A stretch of DNA of 64,000 nucleotides from an uncultured Bacteroidales bacterium. GTDB taxonomy: Bacteria; Bacteroidota; Bacteroidia; Bacteroidales; UBA1402. Where the stretch lies: assembly GCA_964575345.1 (NCBI GenBank), contig CAZNQD010000004.1, positions 7,325-71,324 of the forward strand, read 5' to 3'. The notes below the pieces were generated by a model. That model did no database searches. It was given only the letters and a program-made list of their open reading frames with translations, and was not told the origin of the DNA. A program made the translations under genes and the position numbers. The stretch's first letter is position 1. Each line of letters starts with the position of its first letter. Below are positions 54,300 through 63,021 of this stretch, piece by piece.

Positions 54300-55115
54300 T
54301 TATCCGATGCCCGCACCGGAAGGTGAATTACTGTAATAAAAATCGCTTACCAGCCCGGTCAGGTATTCAAATTGCTTGACACTGAGCTGCTCGGGCCGTT
54401 TGTCGAAAATTGCTTCAGCATAAAAAGGGGCTTCTTTTCCCAGCAAAGGTTTCAACGAATTGCGCAAGGTTTTTCTGCGCTGATTGAAAGCCGTTTTAAC
54501 CACTTTTCTAAATAAATTTTCGTCACAAGCCAGGCTCTGGTTGCTGTTACGTTTCAAACGGATAACAGCCGATTGCACCTTTGGCGGAGGTTCAAAAACC
54601 TTTTCGCTTACAGTAAATAAATAGTCTATATCGTAATACGCCTGAAGAAAGACACTCAGAATACCGTAGCTTTTCCTGCCGGCCGGAGAACAAATGCGCT
54701 CGGCCACTTCTTTTTGAAACATGCCCACGCAGTACAGCACCTGATCCCTGTTTTCGAGTACCTTGAATAAAATTTGCGAAGATATGTTGTAAGGATAATT
54801 GCCAATAAGACAAAAAGCTATGCCCTGGTAAAGCCTCTTTAGGTCCGTTTTAAGGAAATCTTCAGCCAAAATACGGCCATCAGCCAATTCGGGGAAATGC
54901 TCATAGAGATAGGCAATAGAATCCCTGTCGATTTCCACCACCTTGAGGTCATGGCCTTTTTCCAGTAAAAATTTAGTTAATACACCAGTACCCGGACCTA
55001 CTTCGAGTACGGGCATGCCCTTGCAATCATCCAACGTAGCTGCGATACGAAGGGCAACAGACAGGTCCCTGAGGAAATGCTGTCCCAGTGCTTTCTTTGG
55101 TCTTACAATCGTCAT
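54300..55115 (-). CDS. rsmA: 16S rRNA m6,2A dimethyltransferase
   Basis: PKK.LGQHFL, EVGPG.G.LT, E.D, GNYPYNIS, FQKEVAERI, PPKV.SAV, F.QRRKTLRN. Confidence 0.97.
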   Translation of the reverse strand: MTIVRPKKALGQHFLRDLSVALRIAATLDDCKGMPVLEVGPGTGVLTKFLLEKGHDLKVVEIDRDSIAYLYEHFPELADGRILAEDFLKTDLKRLYQGIAFCLIGNYPYNISSQILFKVLENRDQVLYCVGMFQKEVAERICSPAGRKSYGILSVFLQAYYDIDYLFTVSEKVFEPPPKVQSAVIRLKRNSNQSLACDENLFRKVVKTAFNQRRKTLRNSLKPLLGKEAPFYAEAIFDKRPEQLSVKQFEYLTGLVSDFYYSNSPSGAGIG

Positions 55116-55280
55116 CCACAGCTTTAAGGAAAAAATGAAACATAAACCGGAGCAACAGCAAACCGATCCTTTATTTTACGGTTGATGTAATTTTGTCACC
55201 AGAGAATGAAATCAGGCAACAAAATATACGTATTTTTGCCGCGGTCACAAAAATAAGCATTTTTATTGAATTGTAGTACG

Positions 55281-56273
55281 ATGGATAGAATAAAAAAGCT
55301 CCTGAAATGGATAGTCCCTTTATTACTGGGAGTTTTGCTTTTTGCCTGGATATATAAACGCATGGACTGGATCTCCATTAAAGAGATTTTTCAACTTGGC
55401 CTGCGTTACGAATGGATGTTGGCCTTTTTGCTCATTTTTGTGAGCGGCATGGTGGCGAGGGGATTGCGCTGGCAACAATTACTGGAGCCGGTTTGCCCCC
55501 AAGCAGATACTACATCGACTACACTGGCCGTTTTTGTTGCTTATGCTGCCAACCTGATCTTTCCGAGAATCGGCGAAGTAGCCCGTTGCGGCCTGCTGAA
55601 ACAATACAAACAGGTTTCTTTTACCAAAGCCCTCGGGACGGTACTGGCCGAACGCATTATCGACTTGATCTGCCTGCTGATTATGGTTATCGTAATAGTG
55701 GTATTTCAGCTGGATGTGTTCAGGCAATTTTTTACCCAATATCCCGACAAAGCCAATGGCCTGATGAGAATCTTGTTTTCCTGGCAACTATGGGCATTGC
55801 TGTTTAGCTTGTTACTGGCTATGATCTTACTATGGAGGCGTTTACGCAAGTTGCCTGTATTTGATAAACTGAACAGGGGACTCGAAAAGATTTGGCTGGG
55901 TATGAAAAGCATTAAAGCCATCAAGCGCCCCTGGTTGTTTATTTTTTGGAGTATTTTTATTTGGCTCTCGTATTTTGCCACTTTCTACATAGGTCAATAT
56001 TTCTTTAACATTCCCTTCGGTCTGGGTATAATTGCCATGTTTACGGCACACATTATGGGCAGTCTTGGAATGGTGGCTCCTGTGCAGGGGGGGCTCGGTG
56101 CCTGGCACTTTATGGTAATATACACCATGGTGTTGTACGGAATCGATGAGACCGCTGCCGGTGCCTTTGCGCTGACCGTGCATGGCCTCAATACCGTGCT
56201 AACTTTATTCTTCGGCTTTATAGCTTATCTTTGGTTGGGGCTGGAAAACAAAAAGAGCAGAGTCGAAAAATAA
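55281..56273 (+). CDS. Lysylphosphatidylglycerol synthase TM-domain (UPF0104, flippase-like) protein
   Basis: R.LRW..LL, N...PR.GE..R, GT...ER..D, PVQGG.G.WH. Confidence 0.85.
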   Translation: MDRIKKLLKWIVPLLLGVLLFAWIYKRMDWISIKEIFQLGLRYEWMLAFLLIFVSGMVARGLRWQQLLEPVCPQADTTSTTLAVFVAYAANLIFPRIGEVARCGLLKQYKQVSFTKALGTVLAERIIDLICLLIMVIVIVVFQLDVFRQFFTQYPDKANGLMRILFSWQLWALLFSLLLAMILLWRRLRKLPVFDKLNRGLEKIWLGMKSIKAIKRPWLFIFWSIFIWLSYFATFYIGQYFFNIPFGLGIIAMFTAHIMGSLGMVAPVQGGLGAWHFMVIYTMVLYGIDETAAGAFALTVHGLNTVLTLFFGFIAYLWLGLENKKSRVEK

Positions 56274-56315
56274 TTACATGCGCGGCTGTAATTGTGCTTT
56301 CGGGAAAACGGTACT

Positions 56316-56792
56316 TTAAAACAGAGCGACTACAAACTGGTAAATCAAATAAAAAGAAACCACCAGTTTAGAAACGGTTCCCAATAAAAAACCAAAGAAG
56401 GAACCCAGGCCGGCTTTCAGAGCTGCCCCCGACTGCTTACCTGCCAATATTTCTCCTACAATAGCACCAAGGATGGGGCCAAGTATCAGGCCTAAAGGTG
56501 GAAAGAAAAACATGCCGGCTACCACCCCGATACTACAACCCCAGATTCCCTGTTTACTGCCTCCAAAACGTTTGGCTCCCAGAATGGGGGTTAAATAATC
56601 GAATACCTGTACCAAAACGACCAGGGCTGCCCAGAAAAAAAGTTGTTTTCCACTGAATTGCACCCGGGTGGTGAGGTGTAACAATATAATTCCCAAATAA
56701 TTCAGCGGCGATGCCGGAAGTACGGGCAAAACGGCACCGGCCAGGCCGGCCAGCATACAGATACTTCCCAGTACAATAAGCAATATATCCAT
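56316..56792 (-). CDS. DUF456 family membrane protein
   Basis: G..G..LP.LP..P, DY....GA.RFGGSK.G.WG, GP..GA..GE; -7 element at 56824-56831. Confidence 0.85.
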   Translation of the reverse strand: MDILLIVLGSICMLAGLAGAVLPVLPASPLNYLGIILLHLTTRVQFSGKQLFFWAALVVLVQVFDYLTPILGAKRFGGSKQGIWGCSIGVVAGMFFFPPLGLILGPILGAIVGEILAGKQSGAALKAGLGSFFGFLLGTVSKLVVSFYLIYQFVVALF

Positions 56793-56918
56793 ACTTTTTA
56801 ATCTGAGGGATTTTAACGAGGCTCAAAAATAAAACACTTAATTTGATATTCCCAAATAATTTACGTTTATTTGCGACTGTTTTCAATGAGTCCTTTGAAA
56901 ACAATAACATTTACTACT

Positions 56919-59060
56919 ATGGACATATCCGACACCGACAAGCTGCAGGGAAGCGCAGGCTTGGAGCAGACACCTGAAAAAGTTGACCAGAGCAAACAAG
57001 CAATTACAAACGATACTCAAGACCTGCCCGCAGAAGAAAAAACAAGCCCGGAAGAGGCTGCCCCGTTCAAATCCGGGGAAGCTGATGCTGCTGTTCAGGA
57101 AATAAAAGCACCAAAGGCTAAAACGCCCAGAACCAAGTCAAAAACCAAGGCTGAGAATGAGCCAGAAGCCGAAATTGCGGCCAAGGCCGAAGTTGAAGCT
57201 GAAACGGTTGAAATTGAAGCCCCGGCCGGCACCGAAGCTGCAAGTGACGAAGCAAAAGCCCCGGCCTCCATCGAAGCAGAAGCCGAAACGATAAGCCCGG
57301 CCGAAACCCTCGCTGAATTTGCTTCCCATATTGACTATTCCGTCATCAAAAATTTGATAGACCAACTCAGAGAACTCATACAAACAGAGAGTATCGATAT
57401 TAAGAGCAAGGTCGAAAACATCAAACAATCCTTTTACAAACAACATAAACTGGATATCGAATCTTCCAGGAAAGCCTTTATCAAAGCCGGCGGCGATCCT
57501 GCCAATTTCGACCTGAGCGAAGCCAATGCCATCGAAGCCGAATTCAAAGACCTGATGAATCAGTGGCGCGAAAAACGTATTCAATGGACAGCCGATTTTG
57601 AAAAACAAAAGAAGGATAATCTGACCAAAAAGAATCAGCTCATCGAAGTTATCAAAGCCCTCACTGACAGCTCCGATGACATTCGCAGAAAAATCCCCGA
57701 ATTCCGAAAACTCCAGCAGGAATGGAAGAATATCGGACAAGTTCCCTCCGAAGAAGTAAACGAACTCTGGAAGAATTATCAATTCGAAGTTGAACGTTTT
57801 TACGACCAAATCAAGATCAACAACGAATTCCGCGATTACGATTTCAAAAAGAATCTCGAAATCAAAACCGAGCTCTGCCAGACAGCCGAACAACTCAAAG
57901 AAGACAGCGACGTGGTAAAAGCCTTCAAACGCCTGCAGAAGCTGCACGAAGATTGGCGCGAAACCGGCCCTGTCGCACAAGAAATGCGCGAAGAAATCTG
58001 GCAACGCTTCAAAGACGCCTCTACCGAAATCAACAAAAAATACCAGGCCTTTTTTGAAAGGCTCAAAGAAATAGAAAACGAAAACCTGGCTCAAAAGACT
58101 TCCATTTGCGAAAGCCTGGAAGCCATTGATTTCGGCAAACTGAAAAGCTTCCGCGACTGGGACCGCAAAACCACCGAAGTCATCGAATGGCAGGAACGCT
58201 GGAAAACCATAGGCTTTGCCCCCAAAAAGGCCAACGCCAAGGTCTTCGAACGTTTCCGCACTGCCTGTGACCAGTTTTTCCAGACCAAAAGCAGTTTTTA
58301 CAAAACCGTAAAAGAGGGGCTCAACCAAAACCTGGAAAAAAAGAGAGAACTCTGCGAAAAAGCAGAAAGCCTCAAAGACAGCACCGACTGGAATACCACC
58401 TCGGACCAGCTGATTCAGATTCAGAAAGAGTGGAAAACCATTGGCCCTGTACCCAGAAAATATTCAGATGTATTGTGGAAACGCTTCATCTCGGCTTGCG
58501 ATTATTTCTTTGAACAAAAAGAAAAAAATTCCACCAGCCAGCGCAGCGTGGAATACCAAAACCTGGCCGCCAAAAAGGAACTGATTGCCCAGGTAAAGGC
58601 CCTGGCTGAATCGGAAGAAAACACCGACAAGGAAAACGAAGAAACCTTGCGCCTGATCAGGGAATTAAACGCCAGGTGGAATGCCCTGGGTTTTGTGCCT
58701 TTCAAAGAAAAAGACAGAATCTACAAACAGTGGCACAACGCCATGGACAGCCTGATGGGCCATTTCAATATAGACAAGGCCAGCCGTCGCCTGAGCAGTT
58801 TCCAAAGCAATCTGGAAGACATCAAAGGCAAAGGGCAATCCAAGGTGCTGCACGAACGTGAACGTCTGATGCGTCAGTTCGACTCCATCACCAACGAAAT
58901 AAAGACCTGCGAAAACAATATTGGCTTTTTCAACACTGCCAAGGCTTCTTCGGGTTCTGCCCTGCTCAGGGAAATGAACCGCAATATCGAAAAGCTCAAA
59001 GAAGAACGCGACATCATTTACAAAAAGATACAAATCATCGACGGTGAGTTGCAGGCTTAG
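56919..59060 (+). CDS. DUF349 repeat coiled-coil protein
   Basis: Repeated K..L...AE.L......LQ..W...GPVP......W.RF..A.D.F units; acidic Ala/Glu/Pro-rich N-terminus. Confidence 0.85.
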   Translation: MDISDTDKLQGSAGLEQTPEKVDQSKQAITNDTQDLPAEEKTSPEEAAPFKSGEADAAVQEIKAPKAKTPRTKSKTKAENEPEAEIAAKAEVEAETVEIEAPAGTEAASDEAKAPASIEAEAETISPAETLAEFASHIDYSVIKNLIDQLRELIQTESIDIKSKVENIKQSFYKQHKLDIESSRKAFIKAGGDPANFDLSEANAIEAEFKDLMNQWREKRIQWTADFEKQKKDNLTKKNQLIEVIKALTDSSDDIRRKIPEFRKLQQEWKNIGQVPSEEVNELWKNYQFEVERFYDQIKINNEFRDYDFKKNLEIKTELCQTAEQLKEDSDVVKAFKRLQKLHEDWRETGPVAQEMREEIWQRFKDASTEINKKYQAFFERLKEIENENLAQKTSICESLEAIDFGKLKSFRDWDRKTTEVIEWQERWKTIGFAPKKANAKVFERFRTACDQFFQTKSSFYKTVKEGLNQNLEKKRELCEKAESLKDSTDWNTTSDQLIQIQKEWKTIGPVPRKYSDVLWKRFISACDYFFEQKEKNSTSQRSVEYQNLAAKKELIAQVKALAESEENTDKENEETLRLIRELNARWNALGFVPFKEKDRIYKQWHNAMDSLMGHFNIDKASRRLSSFQSNLEDIKGKGQSKVLHERERLMRQFDSITNEIKTCENNIGFFNTAKASSGSALLREMNRNIEKLKEERDIIYKKIQIIDGELQA

Positions 59061-59160
59061 GCCTGGACTCAACTTGCCAGCTTAAACAAGACGATAGAGG
59101 CAATCAGGCTGAACATAAAGAATAAACGTCAGAAACTGAGCGGCTCCCGTAAAACGAGCC

Positions 59161-60789
59161 TTATCGATTGATTTTCAGCACCAGCGGTGCTGTCAGGTTT
59201 TTTGTGTCGGGCAATCTGATCTCCAGCCCTGCTTTGGTCGACTTGTACGAAACAGTGCCGGCACCGAGCAATTCAACGGCATCTAAATCGTCTTTGAAAT
59301 AAGGGCTTCCGTCGGCCAGGGACTTGATAAGAATGCGCTGCCCCCGGGCGGGTTTTTCCATCATTACGGCATAAAGCACGGCTCCTTTGCTGGTAAAACG
59401 AATGTCTTCCGCAGTATAGGCTCCGCCCCTGCCCTCGTTGAAACCCTGGGCATTAATCGGATTGGCCTGTTCAGCTTTGGGGCCTTCACCATAGGTGTGC
59501 CAGGGACGGGTTTCGTAGATACATTCGCTGTTCAGGTCCATCCATTCTGTAATGCCTTCAACAATCTTCAAGGCTTTGTCGTCTATGGAACCGTCACCGC
59601 GCAGCGGAACGCTAAGCAAGAGATTTCCGTTTTTGCTTACAATGTCGACCAATAGCTGCATCACTGTTTTGGCCGATTTGTAGCCGTTGCGGTCGTAAAG
59701 CCCCCGGTCGTAATGCCAGCCACCGAGACAAGTGCAAGACTGCCAGGCCTGCTCCTGAATAGCATCAGGTGCACCCCTTTCGACATCCCAGACCATGCAG
59801 GCTTTTTGTTCCTCGCTGAGCACTTTGCCAAACAGAACAGCCTCCAGTTTGCCCTGGTGTCGCTTCATGTCTGAATTATAGAAATGCGCGGCCACTTCCA
59901 GTCCTACGTTACTTACAGGCCACAAAGGCAAAGCCGTATCATCAAAATAGATCAAGTCCGGCTGGAACTGATTGATCATATCCACCGTACGATTATAGAA
60001 ATTCAGGCAATATTCCTCCGAAGGCGGCACAGCACCCTTAGCCCAATGCCATTGATTGTGAATGCTGCTTATGTTTTCGCTTTCATTGCTCAGGGCATGG
60101 TTTTGAGCGTACAAATCCTGAGGATCAAGACCTTGCCACCATTTCCCTTTGCCGTCTTTTTTGCTCAGTCTGCCATCGTATGGAACACCGGCCAGCGGAC
60201 CCTCTTTGTCGGACAACTGGGCTGCTTCGTACCAGCGCCAGGCGTGGGCCGAATGAATACTCACCCCGAACGGCAGACCCTGGTTTCCGGCCGCTTTGGC
60301 CCAGCCTGCCAGGATGTCTTTTTGAGGGCCGACAGCCACCGAATTCCAGGGCTGGTATTTGCTGTTCCATAAATCCAGGTTATCGTGGTGATTGCCCAGG
60401 GCAAAGAAGTATCTGGCGCCGGCGCGTTTGTACAAAGCCAGCAGTTCCTCAGGATTCCAGTTTTCGGCCTTCCATTCATTGATCACCTCTTTGAATCCCG
60501 CTTCAGATGGATGTCCGTAATGCTCTACATGATACTTGTATTGCCATTGATCCTGATAATACATATTTCTGGCATACCAGTCGCCGGCTTCGGGCTGGCA
60601 TTGAGGCCCCCAATGCGCCCAGATGCCAAACTTGGCATCTCTGAACCATTGCGGCACTTCGTATTGGCTCAAGGATGCCCAACTGGGTTCAAACCTGCCC
60701 GTTTCCATCTTTTCTTTAACTTGCTTTGTGCAGGATAAAAGAGATAAAAAAAATGCTATAAACAGATTGATTTTTAAGAAGTGTTTCAT
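59161..60789 (-). CDS. GH29 alpha-L-fucosidase, lipoprotein
   Basis: Lipobox LLSC; WFRDAKFGIWAHWG, AGA.Y......HHD, PDLIYFDD, L.DIVSKNGNLLL, G.W...N.E.IY.TRPW. Confidence 0.9.
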   Translation of the reverse strand: MKHFLKINLFIAFFLSLLSCTKQVKEKMETGRFEPSWASLSQYEVPQWFRDAKFGIWAHWGPQCQPEAGDWYARNMYYQDQWQYKYHVEHYGHPSEAGFKEVINEWKAENWNPEELLALYKRAGARYFFALGNHHDNLDLWNSKYQPWNSVAVGPQKDILAGWAKAAGNQGLPFGVSIHSAHAWRWYEAAQLSDKEGPLAGVPYDGRLSKKDGKGKWWQGLDPQDLYAQNHALSNESENISSIHNQWHWAKGAVPPSEEYCLNFYNRTVDMINQFQPDLIYFDDTALPLWPVSNVGLEVAAHFYNSDMKRHQGKLEAVLFGKVLSEEQKACMVWDVERGAPDAIQEQAWQSCTCLGGWHYDRGLYDRNGYKSAKTVMQLLVDIVSKNGNLLLSVPLRGDGSIDDKALKIVEGITEWMDLNSECIYETRPWHTYGEGPKAEQANPINAQGFNEGRGGAYTAEDIRFTSKGAVLYAVMMEKPARGQRILIKSLADGSPYFKDDLDAVELLGAGTVSYKSTKAGLEIRLPDTKNLTAPLVLKINR

Positions 60790-60910
60790 TTTGGCCGCGA
60801 TTATAAAAGACGCAAAAAAACCTATTAGCCTCAAATTTAGATAAATAATCTGACTCTTGCTTATGAATTCCATGCAAATCAGGTTGTCCTCCTTTGGTGG
60901 TGTAGGCTGA

Positions 60911-61318
60911 TTAAATAAAATTGCCAATTCTTAAATAATCACCAAATCTTTTGTCTGTTTTTGTAGTATGATCTACAAACCAGCTCATTAGGAAATCCAT
61001 TAATTCTAAGCGATCAATAAACTCTGATTCAAATACTCCAATTAGTTCGGCCAGTCTGCTTAACAATGCATCGTGTTCTTTTTTATGGTTCTTATACTCC
61101 GGGTATTTGTGGAAAATCATGCTATTCTCCTCACTAATAAAATGGAAATCGACGTATTTGTATAATTCTTTAATCAACAGACTAATATGATCCTTATCAC
61201 AATCATTGGCATAAGCCGCATTAATCTTTTGAATGATACCAACAAAAAACTGATGCTGAGAGTCTATTTCCGGAACTCCAATCTCGTATTCCTTTTTCCA
61301 GGTAATGATAGTGTTCAT
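60911..61318 (-). CDS. Single-domain bacteriohemerythrin
   Basis: W...Y.IG..EID.QH, HF..EE, H..EH, W...H....D: all di-iron ligands present. Confidence 0.92.
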   Translation of the reverse strand: MNTIITWKKEYEIGVPEIDSQHQFFVGIIQKINAAYANDCDKDHISLLIKELYKYVDFHFISEENSMIFHKYPEYKNHKKEHDALLSRLAELIGVFESEFIDRLELMDFLMSWFVDHTTKTDKRFGDYLRIGNFI

Positions 61319-61330
61319 GCTATTTAAAAA

Positions 61331-62407
61331 TTAAGATCTGAAAGATTCATTTGCCGCCTTTTCTATTTTTTCTTTGTGACAGAGTAACACGTTGTTCTTA
61401 TCACCCTGCCAATTATGAAATCCACTTCCCTGACAATCCTTATAATCCATGCAATTTTCACATTGTCCGGTCCTGGTCCATTCCCTGTTTCTAAACACCT
61501 GAAATTTATTTTGCCAAATTTCGTAAAAATTGTCCGAATAAATATTGCCCTGAGCAAAAGTTCTGTCCACATTGGGACAGGCCGAAATGGTGCCGTCAAT
61601 CAAAATCGAAGCAATATTAATTCCAGCTCTGCAAAAAAAGTAAGTATCTCTGACTAAAGCTTCGTATTTCCCAACGTAGGCTTCACAACTAAATTTCACA
61701 TCAATCTCATTGGATTTTCGGTGCCTGGCTATAAAATCCATTAATCCGGCAAATTGATGGTCGTTCAGCGACAAGTCAGGATTATGCGCAGCTCTGCCGA
61801 TAGGAATAATGGTGAACAATCTCCAGGCCGGGACATTTTTAGAAATCAGGCATTCCCTGATTTGCTCCAGTTCGTTGTAATTCTTTTGATTCACACAAGT
61901 TACGACATCAAAGTTTAACCTGTTGGAAGAGGCTGCCAGTTCCATCGCATTGATCACTCTGTCAAAACTCTTGCGATTATTCCTTAACCAGTTATGCGAG
62001 TCTTTTAGCCCGTCCAGACTGAGAGTCAATGCTCCCATTCCGGCATTGAGCAGTGAATTATGTCTTTGCCTGTCGTATAAATACCCGTTCGAAACCAGCG
62101 ACCATCTAAATCCGCGTTTTCTCAATTCTCGTCCGCAAAGCTCCAGGTCGTTTCGCAAAAGAGGTTCTCCGCCGGTAAATACAACTGTAAAATGCTTAGG
62201 AATAGTGGTAATGGTATCGATGGCACGAAAAAAGTCCCCGGAGGGCATATCCCGGTGCAGGCTGTCTTTTGAGCAATCACTGCCACAATGCAGGCAATTC
62301 AGATTGCATCTGGTGGTGCATTCCCAAAACAAATAATTCAGTTCATGAAGCCTTGTTTCCGATTCTTTGAATTTTCTAAAAGCGGCCTTTTTTAATGAAT
62401 CGAACAT
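61331..62407 (-). CDS. Radical SAM/SPASM enzyme of the Bacteroidota rSAM/lipoprotein system (TIGR04133-like)
   Basis: CNLNCLHC, TGGEPLLR, SNG, SLDG..HN..R; C.AG....I..DG.I..CP and C..C....C.G SPASM cysteines; no signal peptide; its start codon abuts the stop of the lipoprotein gene. Confidence 0.88.
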   Translation of the reverse strand: MFDSLKKAAFRKFKESETRLHELNYLFWECTTRCNLNCLHCGSDCSKDSLHRDMPSGDFFRAIDTITTIPKHFTVVFTGGEPLLRNDLELCGRELRKRGFRWSLVSNGYLYDRQRHNSLLNAGMGALTLSLDGLKDSHNWLRNNRKSFDRVINAMELAASSNRLNFDVVTCVNQKNYNELEQIRECLISKNVPAWRLFTIIPIGRAAHNPDLSLNDHQFAGLMDFIARHRKSNEIDVKFSCEAYVGKYEALVRDTYFFCRAGINIASILIDGTISACPNVDRTFAQGNIYSDNFYEIWQNKFQVFRNREWTRTGQCENCMDYKDCQGSGFHNWQGDKNNVLLCHKEKIEKAANESFRS

Positions 62408-62773
62408 TTATTTTTCTTCCAATGCGATATTTACGTAAATAGTTTCGCTCAGTACGTTCAAAACAGTTTCCTTGTTGTTATAGTGTCCGTTTTGAATGGA
62501 GTCGGTGTCCTGAAAATGCAGTATTATTTCCTCCGTTTTTACTGTATAAAACGAAAACTTACCTTCCTCGTCGGTCCATTCACTTTGACCAATGCCGGCC
62601 ACCGAAACTAAAATCCCCGGAATGGGCAATCCTGACGTAGCGGATTTAACCTGCCCTTCGACGAATAAATCAATTCCGAAGTCGCGGGGAGTTCCATAGC
62701 AAGCTTGAAAAGCAAAGAGTACCGAAGTCAGGCTTATACCTCCGATGATTTTCCTAATCCAGTTATTTTTCAT
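62408..62773 (-). CDS. Radical-SAM-associated lipoprotein (TIGR04134-like)
   Basis: MKNNWIRK + hydrophobic core + FQAC-YGTP lipobox, then a small Ig/carboxypeptidase-regulatory-like domain (G.V.....G.PI.GI.V......TD..G.F); -7 element TACCTTTG at 62852-62859. Confidence 0.88.
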   Translation of the reverse strand: MKNNWIRKIIGGISLTSVLFAFQACYGTPRDFGIDLFVEGQVKSATSGLPIPGILVSVAGIGQSEWTDEEGKFSFYTVKTEEIILHFQDTDSIQNGHYNNKETVLNVLSETIYVNIALEEK

Positions 62774-63021
62774 ATGCAGACTTATTTCAGTGTTTTCAAC
62801 TTCTTACCTTTTCTTGCCCGGATTGTTGAATCTCTCAAAAAATGGAATGCACAAAGGTATATTAAATCGACGAAATACGGACGAAGATGATAAATTTAAC
62901 CGAAACAACAGCTTCTGTTCTAATGGCAGACTGCTCAAAACAAGTAAAAAATGATTTCAGACCACGAATAAACCTTTTTTATTACTTTTGCTCTTCAATC
63001 AGGAAGATAATATCCTACAAA

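Noticed and set aside
57138-58328. 396-aa antisense ORF
   Set aside because: Lies entirely opposite the DUF349 gene; Phe/Val/Gly-rich with no recognisable motif; best explained as a codon-bias shadow of the sense gene.
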